Shown: positions 17,449 through 26,513, counted from the first letter of the stretch. The stretch is DNA of 46,169 bases from Candidatus Nealsonbacteria bacterium (GCA_016181965.1 JACOYH010000008.1:1-46169), one strand, 5' to 3'. A program made the numbers and translations. Notes: generated by a model not told the origin, from the letters alone.

Positions 17449-18867
17449 TTATTGTACCTTCGTAAATAGCCATCTTTTAATCGTTTGGCGATGTTGACGG
17501 GCGGTCTTTAAAAAATGCAGAGGGTGGCGGAAAAAATAGGCAAACTTTGCTTGTCTAACATACCTGAAAACCTGCTCGTAAGTCAAACCGGGCTGTTCAA
17601 AAATTGGCATGCAGGGCGAGGCCGACAGCGGCGGATAGGACCTGTCCATTTTATACGGCTTTGCCCAAGAAAAATCTTTGGGCAAATTCCCGGAATTTTT
17701 GGCGAGCATTTCCATTTCGGTGCCGGGATAAATTACGGAAATCCCCTGCGTCGTGCCCTCTACGCCCAATTCGTAAAAAAGATAGCGGCTTAGAAAAACG
17801 GTCTTTTTAATATCCTCGTATGTTTCGCCCGGCAGCCCGTGCATGAAAAACGCTTTCATGCCTATGCCCGCTTTTTTTATGACCTTAGCGGCTCTTATCG
17901 CCTGCTCAACGGTAATGCCTTTTCTGATATTTTTTAAAATTTTATCGCTGCCCGACTCAATACCCAAATCAATAAATTCGCAACCAGCTTTTTTCATGGC
18001 TGCCGCCACTTCCTCGTCGATGGTATTGGCCCGGGCTTCGCATTCCCAAACGAAATTAAGCTTTCGCCTGATAATTTCGTCGCAAATCGCCAAAACCCTT
18101 TTTTTGTCCATCGTAAAAACATCGTCAAAAAATCTGATGCCCTCAAAAAAGGGATAGGTCTTGAAAAGGTATTCTATTTCGTCGAGGACATTAAGGGGCG
18201 ACCTGTGACGAATGCTGTGGCCCCATTGCTCGGAAGTGGAACAATAAACGCAGTAATAGGGGCAACCCCGACTGGTCATAATATTAGTGCATCTTTTTTT
18301 GGAAAGAAAAGTTCTTTGAGTATATTTTTCTATTGGCAGTAAATCGCGAGCCGGCAGGGGCAGGGCGTCTAAATCCTGAATGGCTGATTCTCTGGGATTG
18401 TGGACGATATTTCCCTTATTGTCCCTAAACGAAATTCCCTTAACATCGAAAAAATCTCTGCCTTGCTCCATGGCTCTGACTAAATTTAAAAAAGAAATTT
18501 CCCCCTCCCCCTTAACGACCGCGTCTATCTCCGCAAGATTTTCCAAAGTGTCTTGAGCCGTGAGAGTCGGGTGGGGACCGCCAACCACTATTGAAATATT
18601 CGGCATTTCTTTTTTAATGCTCCTTATTAAATCAAAGGCGCTAAATCGAATTTGCGTGCCAAAAGATATGCCGATAAGATCGGGCGGATTCTTTTTCAGC
18701 AAACCAATAATATCTTCGTTAGAATAATTATTGGCCATGCTCTCAATTAGAGAAACATCGTTGAAGCCGTTGCTTCTTAAAACGGCCGCCAGCCAAGCAA
18801 TGCCCAAGGGAGGCATATTGGGCTTTGTTTGGAAGGTGTTCGGCGGAAAAATTAAAGTGATTCTCAT
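17449..18867 (-). CDS. B12-binding-domain radical SAM enzyme, paralog 3
   Basis: MRITLIFPPN..GISFGTQ..VVGGPHPT. CxxxCxxC in RGCPYYCVYC. Start moved to the ATG at 18867. The 33 upstream codons of the track ORF run into the promoter and palindrome. Confidence 0.85.
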   Translation of the reverse strand: MRITLIFPPNTFQTKPNMPPLGIAWLAAVLRSNGFNDVSLIESMANNYSNEDIIGLLKKNPPDLIGISFGTQIRFSAFDLIRSIKKEMPNISIVVGGPHPTLTAQDTLENLAEIDAVVKGEGEISFLNLVRAMEQGRDFFDVKGISFRDNKGNIVHNPRESAIQDLDALPLPARDLLPIEKYTQRTFLSKKRCTNIMTSRGCPYYCVYCSTSEQWGHSIRHRSPLNVLDEIEYLFKTYPFFEGIRFFDDVFTMDKKRVLAICDEIIRRKLNFVWECEARANTIDEEVAAAMKKAGCEFIDLGIESGSDKILKNIRKGITVEQAIRAAKVIKKAGIGMKAFFMHGLPGETYEDIKKTVFLSRYLFYELGVEGTTQGISVIYPGTEMEMLAKNSGNLPKDFSWAKPYKMDRSYPPLSASPCMPIFEQPGLTYEQVFRYVRQAKFAYFFRHPLHFLKTARQHRQTIKRWLFTKVQ

Positions 18868-18914
18868 GTAAATAACAACACCGCTAAATAGGTTAGCGTT
18901 AGCGAATTGAATAG

Positions 18915-18943
18915 ATTCTAACAAAATTTCGGCCGTCAGACAA
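18915..18943 (-). promoter_or_regulatory. Candidate sigma70 promoter for the 18867-to-1 minus-strand operon
   Basis: On the minus strand: TTGTCT (18943-18938), a 17-nt spacer, then TAGAAT (18920-18915). Confidence 0.4.
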
Positions 18944-18963
18944 GCAGACCGAGTTTCAACTAA

Positions 18964-18991
18964 CACTACTATACTATGTAGTATAGTAGTG
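18964..18991. promoter_or_regulatory. Perfect inverted repeat, 13-bp arms and a 2-nt spacer
   Basis: CACTACTATACTA tg TAGTATAGTAGTG, read directly. Lies 20 nt upstream of the candidate -35 in a divergent intergenic region. Confidence 0.8.
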
Positions 18992-19082
18992 CTGGTGTAT
19001 TAGACATCGAATATTTAACACGCACTGACACACTTTCCGGCGTAAGCGGAAATTTGTGTCACCGCAGCCGTCCCCATTGTCC

Positions 19083-19110
19083 TTGACTTTTTAATATTAT
19101 TATGTATACT
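19083..19110 (+). promoter_or_regulatory. Sigma70-like promoter for the GC-rich orphan gene
   Basis: TTGACT (19083-19088), a 16-nt spacer, then TATACT (19105-19110). Shine-Dalgarno AAGGAG at 19135-19140, 7 nt before the ATG at 19148. Confidence 0.55.
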
Positions 19111-19147
19111 ACTTATCAGCACCCGATTAAACTTAAGGAGTTGTGGC

Positions 19148-20083
19148 ATGAAAAACGTGGAGCTTACCAAGGGCAGGTGCGCGATCTGTCGTGCACCCAT
19201 CGACAAGAAGTGGGGCGGAGATGACCCCTCTCTCGGCACCGTGTGCCGTAACTGTCCCAATGAAGAGGTGTTCAGACCCGAGAACGTAGAGATCGTCGTG
19301 CAGAAGTGCCTGCGCTTTGATCCGCTACTCGGCGTTTACGAGTACTATTTCGATTGGCGAGGCTCGCGGATCATGGTGAATGGCAAGGTCGGAACAATCA
19401 ACTGCCCGCAGGCAGATGGCGATTTTGTGCGCTTTGAGGACGAAGAGACGCCAGGCCTCGGAACCTTCATCTGTGGTGTCGGCTATTGGGATCTCCTGCG
19501 CATTTATAGGGCGCAGGACGGTAAAACCGAACCGCCCGCGCTCAACTTCGAGCCATACACGCCAACCAAGGTGAAACTTCTTGATGGCCCGATTTTACTC
19601 ATCAAGGTGGACAGGCATGAGAATGGGAACATCCGTAGCGTCCAGATCGGCAGCAAGTCAATCTACGGCGGACCCGTACCTACCGCCACGGAATTACCCA
19701 ATCTCCCGACCCTTCACGCATTCGCCAATCTCTACGTGAGGCACAAGTTCGAGCTCAAGCCAAATTACTGCTCGGAGGGCGGTTTTCTTGGCAACTGTTT
19801 CGAAGTTCGCAACGCGGGGACATTCACCGGCGGCGTAGGTATTTATATCCGGGAAGGGTGGCCGGGGAGCGCCCAAGAGGCGGTTTCGACATGGATGGAG
19901 GTAATGAGGACCCTGCTACGGTACGATTGGCGAAAGTTCACCCTTAAGACCGTCGAGGACATATGGGGGCACTACTGCCGCATACAGGATGTGCTCCTCA
20001 ACATTATGTCGGCAGACGAACTCGCCGAGGCGCTGTCATACTGCCGCAACAACAAGATGACGCATTGCGGCAGTAGTTACTGA
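19148..20083 (+). CDS. Hypothetical protein with an N-terminal CxxC..CxxC zinc ribbon. Compositional outlier on the opposite strand.
   Basis: 311 aa ORF with a strong Shine-Dalgarno site, promoter and terminator. CAICRAPIDKKWGGDDPSLGTVCRNC. No family recognised. Visibly higher GC than both flanks. Confidence 0.7.
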   Translation: MKNVELTKGRCAICRAPIDKKWGGDDPSLGTVCRNCPNEEVFRPENVEIVVQKCLRFDPLLGVYEYYFDWRGSRIMVNGKVGTINCPQADGDFVRFEDEETPGLGTFICGVGYWDLLRIYRAQDGKTEPPALNFEPYTPTKVKLLDGPILLIKVDRHENGNIRSVQIGSKSIYGGPVPTATELPNLPTLHAFANLYVRHKFELKPNYCSEGGFLGNCFEVRNAGTFTGGVGIYIREGWPGSAQEAVSTWMEVMRTLLRYDWRKFTLKTVEDIWGHYCRIQDVLLNIMSADELAEALSYCRNNKMTHCGSSY

Positions 20084-20100
20084 TTTCTGAATCAACAACC

Positions 20101-20138
20101 AAAAGTGGCAACCGAAAGGAAGCCACTTTTTCTTTTTC
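20101..20138 (+). terminator. Rho-independent terminator
   Basis: AAAAGTGGC, a 12-nt loop, GCCACTTTT, then TCTTTTTC. A-rich on the other side, so possibly bidirectional. Confidence 0.6.
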
Positions 20139-20147
20139 GTTGACATT

Positions 20148-20170
20148 TGTGCAACACTCGGTGTCGCACA
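20148..20170 (-). terminator. Imperfect hairpin just downstream of the radical SAM paralog 4 stop
   Basis: TGTGCAACAC tcg GTGTCGCACA, with 9 of 10 pairs. Confidence 0.3.
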
Positions 20171-20181
20171 AGTAATGATTC

Positions 20182-21591
20182 TCATACAGACAATATGGCC
20201 ATAGCTCCCTGCCAGTATCTTTTGATGTCTTCAAATCCGCGGATAGAGAGGACTTTGGGCGCAATATAGCTCAAGCGAAAATGAAATTTCATATATGCGT
20301 ATTTCTTTGTTTTCTGTAATTCTTCCATACTTTTGTATCCCTCGGGCAGAAAGGTGGCAAAATATCCGGTCAGCTTATCGTATGACTCATCAACCATCCT
20401 GCCCCACTTGCCTTCTTTAATTTCTTTATAGAGCGCGGTCTCGGGATAGGGAGTCAGGATATTAAACTTTACATAGTCAGGATTCAGCTTACAAAGCGTC
20501 TTGAGCATTTTTCGGACTTTTTCCGGCGTTTCCTTGGGCAACCCCAAAATGAAATTCGCCCTGCTCTCAATTCCCGCTTCTTTGGTCCACGAAAGGGCTT
20601 GCGTAATCTGTTCAATAGTTATCCTTTTATTGACTGCCTCTAATATTTCCGGGTCCAAACTTTCTATGCCAAAAAAAATGCACCGGCAACCGGCCTTCTT
20701 CATCTTTTCTAACAGGTCTCGGGCGATCGTATTGACTCTGCACTCGCACGACCATGTCAGGTCGATTTTTTCCCGGAGAATCGTCTCGCAGAATTCCTCA
20801 ATCCATTCCCTATTTAAACCCCAAACATCATCCCAAAAATTTATCTCTTTTATGCCGTAATTATCTATGAGATGCTTTATTTCTTTGATAACGCTTTGAA
20901 CCGATCTTATGCGGTATTTCCTTGTCCAAATTGCCTCGGTATTGCAAAAAGTGCAATTGTACGGACAGCCGCGGCTGACCATCATCGTGGTCATTGGCGT
21001 TCGCTTATACTGATTTGGCGAAGGCCTATATGATAAAAGCGGCACCAAATGCCTGGCTGGAAAAGGCAGAGAATCCAATTCCCGTATCAATTCCCTGCGG
21101 GGGGTTATCACGGCTTCGCCGTTTTCCTTAAAGCCGATTCCTTTGACCGCCCTTAAATCAGTTTTTGTTTTGAGGCCATTCAGCAACTCCACCAGCGAAA
21201 GCTCGCCCTCGCCAATAACAATATAATCAACGCAATTATTGGATAAAACCTCAAGTGGCCTGATGGTAACGTGGGGCCCGCCAAAAATAATCGGGATATG
21301 CAATTTTTCTTTTATGCCTTGAGCCAGCTCTAAAGTGTGTCGGTAGTTGGAAGTGTTGCAGTATAGGCCCGCAACATCGGGACTCTGGCCGGCGCATCGT
21401 TCAATTGTTTCCTCCATCGTCCAATTGTGAAGCTGGGTGTCCAATATCTTCGGCTTAAAGCCATTGTTCTCCAGCGCCGCTCCTAAATATAAAAGTCCGA
21501 GCGGAGGCAAACAGGAACCGATTTTTTCAATCCCTCGGCCATACCTTTCCTTCATGGAAAATGGAGGCATAATGAGCAATATATTTTCCAT
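20182..21591 (-). CDS. B12-binding-domain radical SAM enzyme, paralog 4
   Basis: MENILLIMPPF..GLYCNTSN..IFGGPHVT. CxxxCxxC in RGCPYNCTFC. Confidence 0.85.
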   Translation of the reverse strand: MENILLIMPPFSMKERYGRGIEKIGSCLPPLGLLYLGAALENNGFKPKILDTQLHNWTMEETIERCAGQSPDVAGLYCNTSNYRHTLELAQGIKEKLHIPIIFGGPHVTIRPLEVLSNNCVDYIVIGEGELSLVELLNGLKTKTDLRAVKGIGFKENGEAVITPRRELIRELDSLPFPARHLVPLLSYRPSPNQYKRTPMTTMMVSRGCPYNCTFCNTEAIWTRKYRIRSVQSVIKEIKHLIDNYGIKEINFWDDVWGLNREWIEEFCETILREKIDLTWSCECRVNTIARDLLEKMKKAGCRCIFFGIESLDPEILEAVNKRITIEQITQALSWTKEAGIESRANFILGLPKETPEKVRKMLKTLCKLNPDYVKFNILTPYPETALYKEIKEGKWGRMVDESYDKLTGYFATFLPEGYKSMEELQKTKKYAYMKFHFRLSYIAPKVLSIRGFEDIKRYWQGAMAILSV

Positions 21592-21593
21592 AA

Positions 21594-23327
21594 TTATTCC
21601 TTTTCATAAACAACGAAATCACCGAACTCGGCAACTCTTTTTAAGAATTTATATTGGTCTAAATTCCACTTCGGATTTTCGCTCTTATTCCAGATCAAAT
21701 ATTCCACCTCATATTTTGTCCAGAGATTATTTAAAAATTCTTCGGCAGGCATGGTTAGGGTCTCTTTATATTTTTCGCTGAAACCAATAATAATATCGTC
21801 CGGCACTCCGGAATAATCGCCCGTTGTCTCGCGGTAAAACATACTGAAAATTATGGCGGATATCTGCCTCTTGTCTTTAAGGAACAGCTCTTGCGCCTCT
21901 TCGGCGGCCACGCCATCTAAACGGTAGTAGAGAAAAAGATTATTCAGCAAACGCTCTTTGGTGCTAACCAAGCAGTATCTGGAGCTTGAATGATAGAAGA
22001 CATTAAGGGGGGTAAAAATAACAACCATATGAGCCGTTTTATTATTGGAAAAGACAACCGCGTCTTTCTCCGCGTTCTCGTTGAGCCAGTCCATGACGGG
22101 CCCATATTTTTGCTTATCTATGATTTCGGCTTTATTAAACTCGTACGAACTCTGCTGGATGAAAATACCCATAGCCAAACTGCCCGCTATCATTAAAACA
22201 GGCAGCGCTTTATTGAAAAGCGGCCGCTTGATTTTGGCGAGCCAAAAGAATAATATGGCCAACAATAAAATTATCGCTAATGGCTTATGGTAGTACCAAT
22301 GATAATGAGCGTATCCCAAGACCTTTCCGGTAATAAGCTGTTGATTAAGCACGATGAACGGGGCAATAACCAGCGCCAAAGCGAATAAATACCGGTCTCT
22401 TGGTTTTCGGGGGAAAAACAGCAAAACGGCAACGAAAAGAAGCGGCACCACAAGGCCCAAAACCGGAGCGCGGCTCGCCAAAAGGCCCATTCTCTGGCCT
22501 ACTTCAAAATACATTGGGTAATTCACCGTCTGATACATATTGATAAAATAAGGAATGGCCATAATGAGCGACAGGCCGATAACGAGCATGATTCTTTTAA
22601 TGTCCTGAAATCTTTTTTGGATTAGAAATATTAAGCCCAGCGCCCCGCAAAAAGCGAAGATAAAAGTCCAGGTAAAAAAGTAATCGTAAAAACTAAGGCC
22701 CAGCGCCAAAGCGCTCAAAATGCCGTATTTCCATTGCTTTTTTTCTATGAATAGCCAGAAGAGGGAAAGAAAAGCAAAAAAGAAAAGGAATGTCAAAGAC
22801 GGATTAACCGGCCTTGTTAAATCCAAAAAATTGTGCGTTGGGCTTTGGCCGCGCAATAAAGAGAAAATTCCGCTGCGCGTAAAAAGCGTGCCGGCCAAAA
22901 TGAAAAATGAAGTAATAGCCAAAGCGATAAGCCGGCTTTTTAAGAACAGGTACAAAAAAGCATAAATAGCCAAAAAAGCGAGAAGGGAAAAGAAAAATCG
23001 CGCAGTCAGAATGCTATTATTGAAATCAGAAGCAAAAAACTTGCCCGCTTGAGCAAACATAACCGTGCCAAGCGGCTGGAAAAGATAAGGCGCGTCTTTT
23101 CCGTCTTTCAGGTAAACGCAGCTAAAAGTAAGATAACCGTCCTGCGCCTCTCTCGCCCGAGACAGCCAAGGGCTCTCATCGTCTGAAGCGCCAATAAATT
23201 CTATTCCCCGATAAGCGTCCGGCTGGTCGTAACGAAAATAGGCCTGAGGATAAGCGACAATCATTGCCGCCAATACAGCTATAAGAATGGGCCATTTGTG
23301 TTTTTTTAAAATAGGCAATATTCGCAT
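21594..23327 (-). CDS. Polytopic membrane protein with a C-terminal soluble domain, a GT-C-like glycosyltransferase candidate
   Basis: 577 aa with about 11 hydrophobic segments, an acidic first loop (GASDDESPW) and a polar C-terminal 170 aa. Adjacent to a polyprenol-phosphate GT2. Confidence 0.45.
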   Translation of the reverse strand: MRILPILKKHKWPILIAVLAAMIVAYPQAYFRYDQPDAYRGIEFIGASDDESPWLSRAREAQDGYLTFSCVYLKDGKDAPYLFQPLGTVMFAQAGKFFASDFNNSILTARFFFSLLAFLAIYAFLYLFLKSRLIALAITSFFILAGTLFTRSGIFSLLRGQSPTHNFLDLTRPVNPSLTFLFFFAFLSLFWLFIEKKQWKYGILSALALGLSFYDYFFTWTFIFAFCGALGLIFLIQKRFQDIKRIMLVIGLSLIMAIPYFINMYQTVNYPMYFEVGQRMGLLASRAPVLGLVVPLLFVAVLLFFPRKPRDRYLFALALVIAPFIVLNQQLITGKVLGYAHYHWYYHKPLAIILLLAILFFWLAKIKRPLFNKALPVLMIAGSLAMGIFIQQSSYEFNKAEIIDKQKYGPVMDWLNENAEKDAVVFSNNKTAHMVVIFTPLNVFYHSSSRYCLVSTKERLLNNLFLYYRLDGVAAEEAQELFLKDKRQISAIIFSMFYRETTGDYSGVPDDIIIGFSEKYKETLTMPAEEFLNNLWTKYEVEYLIWNKSENPKWNLDQYKFLKRVAEFGDFVVYEKE

Positions 23328-23328
23328 A

Positions 23329-24276
23329 TTAGAAATTTATTTTTTCCCTGACCGAATAAAACGACTTTCTTCCCGGCTCATAATAAATTCTGACTAAAAT
23401 CTCGGCTAAAAGACCCATTAGAATAAACTGGATGCCCACAATTATCATAAAAACCGTGAGCAAAGGCAATTGGCTCGAAGAAAGAGGCATATTAAAAAGG
23501 AATTTCAAAATCAAACTTATTATACCAAGCGCGCCGCCCAAAAACAACAAGATAAGTCCGGCCTGCCCGAAAAAATGAATCGGCCGGGTCAGGTAAGACA
23601 TTATAAATTTCACGGTTATTAAATCAAGAAATCCCTTAAAGAGCCGGCTAAAACCGTATTTTGATTTCCCGTATTTCCTGGCATTATGCTTAACCTCTAT
23701 CTCGGAAACCCTGTATCCCTGCCAATGGGCAAGGGCCGGTATATAGCGGTGCAATTCGCCGTGAATTTTGAGATTTTGAACCAGCTCTTTGGTGAAAATT
23801 TTAAAGCAGCAGTTAAAATCATGAATTTTGACTCCCGTCAGCATGGCGGTGAGCATATTAAAGATTCTTGAAACAGTCCTCTTGCCGATAGGATCCTGCC
23901 TGCGGGCTTTCCAACCGACCACCAGATCATAATTTTGGCCGAGCTTCTCAAGAAAACGGGGGATTTCTTCGGAATCATCCTGCAAGTCCCCGTCCATCGT
24001 AATAATCAAATCTCCTTGGGCATGCTCAAAGCCAGCCATTAAAGCAGCCGATTTGCCGAAGTTTCTTCTAAAACTAACGGCCCTTATCCTGCCGCTCCCC
24101 AGCCCTATTCCCTTAATAACATCGAGTGTTTTATCGGTGGAACCGTCGTCAATAAAAATAATCTCGTATGTCTTATTGAGCCGGCCTAAAACCGCCTCTA
24201 ATTTTTGAAAGAGTTCGTTGATGCTTTCTTCTTCGTTGAAAACGGGTATTAAAATGGATAATTCTATTTTTTCCAT
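23329..24276 (-). CDS. GT2 polyprenol-phosphate glycosyltransferase (GtrB/ArnC/DPM1-like) with two C-terminal TM helices
   Basis: LSILIPVFNEEESI..IFIDDGSTDKT..ITMDGDLQD, plus C-terminal hydrophobic helices. Confidence 0.85.
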   Translation of the reverse strand: MEKIELSILIPVFNEEESINELFQKLEAVLGRLNKTYEIIFIDDGSTDKTLDVIKGIGLGSGRIRAVSFRRNFGKSAALMAGFEHAQGDLIITMDGDLQDDSEEIPRFLEKLGQNYDLVVGWKARRQDPIGKRTVSRIFNMLTAMLTGVKIHDFNCCFKIFTKELVQNLKIHGELHRYIPALAHWQGYRVSEIEVKHNARKYGKSKYGFSRLFKGFLDLITVKFIMSYLTRPIHFFGQAGLILLFLGGALGIISLILKFLFNMPLSSSQLPLLTVFMIIVGIQFILMGLLAEILVRIYYEPGRKSFYSVREKINF

Positions 24277-25226
24277 AGAAATAAGGCGAAACCGGGTATG
24301 GCTATTAAAAAATTAGCAAATAAAGCCAGCAATGAAAAGGCGACCGCCTCTGAAGCCGAAATTCCAATGATGGAAAAGAAATATATGAACCCGGCCTCTC
24401 TGGCGCCGAGGCCAAAAAAGGTTAAGGGCAACATCAATATCAGCCAGACCATGGCCAGCACCAACAGTAAATACCAGAAAGGCAGGGGGATGCCAAGGGC
24501 CTTGGCGTTAAAGTAATAAACAAAGACCGCAGAAAGATAATAAAGAACGCTGTAAATAAATGTTTCAAAAATCACTCTCTTACCCGTAATCTTTAATCCG
24601 GAATCAAAGCCGGCAAAAAAATTATTCGTCTTTTCTTGCCAGGCAGAAGGCAGGAAAAAATTAACAAGTATTTTACCTATTTTTGCCAGCCCCATTTTCT
24701 GAATGAAGAAAAGAGCGGCCGATAAAAGTAAAAATAAGCAAATAATGTATATCCCCCATAGCAGACCGAGATTGAACTTCAAGTAAATAACAATCAGTCC
24801 CAATATGGTCACCAACCCAAGGATTAATAAATCCGAAAATCTATCCATAAAAGCCGTGTAGAACGCAGTGCCAAAAGAAATTTGGCCCTTTTGCGCCAAA
24901 TATTTTGCCCGCCAAAATTCTCCCAGCTTACCGGGCGTAACCACTCCCCAAAATACCGACTTCGCCATAATGTTCAGAACCTCTCGATTGCTAATTTTGG
25001 TAAATTCGCCGACCAATCTCTTCCACTTAAAGGTTCTGACTAAAAACCAAATCGCCAAGAAAAAGATGGATATTGAATAATAGGTCCAATTCATTTCTCG
25101 GAAAACGGCGACCAGCTGGCTAAAATCTATCCGGTAAAGAATATAAACAAACAAAATTATTCCAAGCACTCTAAAAATGCGGATAATAGAATTATTTGCC
25201 ATGCGCTTTTGATTGAAATTTTTCAC
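24264..25226 (-). CDS. Flippase-like membrane protein (LPG-synthase-TM/UPF0104-like)
   Basis: About 8 TM segments. The N-terminal pattern IFRVLGIILFVYILYRIDFSQL..FLVRTFKWKRL is typical of this family and commonly accompanies GT2 genes. Confidence 0.6.
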   Translation of the reverse strand: MKNFNQKRMANNSIIRIFRVLGIILFVYILYRIDFSQLVAVFREMNWTYYSISIFFLAIWFLVRTFKWKRLVGEFTKISNREVLNIMAKSVFWGVVTPGKLGEFWRAKYLAQKGQISFGTAFYTAFMDRFSDLLILGLVTILGLIVIYLKFNLGLLWGIYIICLFLLLSAALFFIQKMGLAKIGKILVNFFLPSAWQEKTNNFFAGFDSGLKITGKRVIFETFIYSVLYYLSAVFVYYFNAKALGIPLPFWYLLLVLAMVWLILMLPLTFFGLGAREAGFIYFFSIIGISASEAVAFSLLALFANFLIAIPGFALFLWKK

Positions 25227-26467
25227 AGATTATAGTCAAAAACCCGGTAAATGTCGATATTGGAAACAATAATGATGAATCCAATAAGCATAGCATATAA
25301 TAGAAGGCGAATCCATTGCCTGCCTCGCGCCGCATACTTTGCCGTCTCTTCAATGCCCAGTACGGCCGCGGGATAAATAAGCGGAAAAAGCAGGAAGACA
25401 TGGCGAATGTAGAAAAATTTAGCCAAAAAACCCAAACCGAAAACCGCCAAAATCGCGCTAAAATAAACTATATTTTTGTGCTTAAAATGCATCTGCCTCA
25501 AGCCGATAATAGAAAAAACGACCGGAAACAGCAAAAAAGCGTATATTAAAGCGCTAATGAAATTGGGCGCGAGAGCGAGAAAAATCTCGTATGTTTTCTG
25601 CCAAGGCATTGAAAAAATTCTAAAAATCCACACGCCCATATCCCAGTCGGTCATCTGGTGCGTGCGATAGGCGATATGCCAAATTTTAGTAGTCCAAATA
25701 TACCAAAATAAAAAAGGCAGTAAATGCATTACCGCAAAGACCGCTCCCTCTCTCAAGCGCCTGAAATAGAGAGCCAGCAGCAGTATGAAAAACGATATGG
25801 CAAAAAACATTTTGCCCAGCATAAGCAGCCCGATAATCAGCGAAAAAACAACTAACTTAACCGACGAAGCGTCTTTGGCATAGTTATAAAGAAGATAACC
25901 GGCCAGCACCACGGCAAAAGCCATCAGCATTTCAGCCAACGGCTGATTAATATAGCTATGAACGAATGGCGAGAAAATCAGCAAAATTGAAGAAAGCCAA
26001 GCCACTTTGGGCGAAAATATCTTTTGCAAAAGAAAGAAAAATAAAATAACGGCCGCGCTGATTAAAGCGAAATTCACCAGCATAGATGCGGCAAAAATCA
26101 TTCCGTAAGAAGCCGGCGCAAAAATTCTTAGGGGCAAAGAGGCAAGGAAAATCATCAAGGGATACAACGGCCTTTCCATAAAAGGACTCTCCGCAAAATA
26201 TTGCGGAGAAAAATCCTTGGCCAGTTCCAAATAATGCCCCACGTCGCTGTTGAGCCGGTAATTTGGCGAAACAAAAGAAAGGCCCGTGGACAAGAGAAAA
26301 TTATCAGACCCCTCAACGCTGAATTTCTGGAGATATTGTGAGATTGGCTGCCAGTTATCGTCTAAGCCAACCGAGGGATATAAAAAACTATAGACGAGCT
26401 GGCCGAACAAAAGCAGAACCAACACGGAAACAATGCCCCATTTTTTTGAAAATAAATCTTTTATCAT
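25223..26467 (-). CDS. GT-C fold membrane glycosyltransferase (ArnT/PMT_2, GT39/83-like)
   Basis: Polytopic. The first-loop motif SDVGHYLELAKDF..ERPLYPLMIFLAS resembles the PMT_2 family signature. Confidence 0.6.
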   Translation of the reverse strand: MIKDLFSKKWGIVSVLVLLLFGQLVYSFLYPSVGLDDNWQPISQYLQKFSVEGSDNFLLSTGLSFVSPNYRLNSDVGHYLELAKDFSPQYFAESPFMERPLYPLMIFLASLPLRIFAPASYGMIFAASMLVNFALISAAVILFFFLLQKIFSPKVAWLSSILLIFSPFVHSYINQPLAEMLMAFAVVLAGYLLYNYAKDASSVKLVVFSLIIGLLMLGKMFFAISFFILLLALYFRRLREGAVFAVMHLLPFLFWYIWTTKIWHIAYRTHQMTDWDMGVWIFRIFSMPWQKTYEIFLALAPNFISALIYAFLLFPVVFSIIGLRQMHFKHKNIVYFSAILAVFGLGFLAKFFYIRHVFLLFPLIYPAAVLGIEETAKYAARGRQWIRLLLYAMLIGFIIIVSNIDIYRVFDYNL

Positions 26468-26513
26468 TGCCTTGTTATCGCCCCTATTTAACTGCAGCGA
26501 AATTTATGCCGCT

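Noticed and set aside
17449-18966. Longer N-terminal extensions given in the ORF track for several genes (18966, 5232, 13965, 33596, 38235, 26789)
   Set aside because: The extensions overlap upstream genes, promoters or palindromes and lack homology. Internal ATGs sit immediately after the upstream stop codons, so the shorter starts were preferred. This is not proven.
19025-19060. Imperfect hairpin GACACACTTTCCG..CGGAAATTTGTGTC upstream of the orphan-gene promoter
   Set aside because: It contains a mismatch and a bulge and has no T-tract. It could be incidental, so it is not reported as a terminator or operator.
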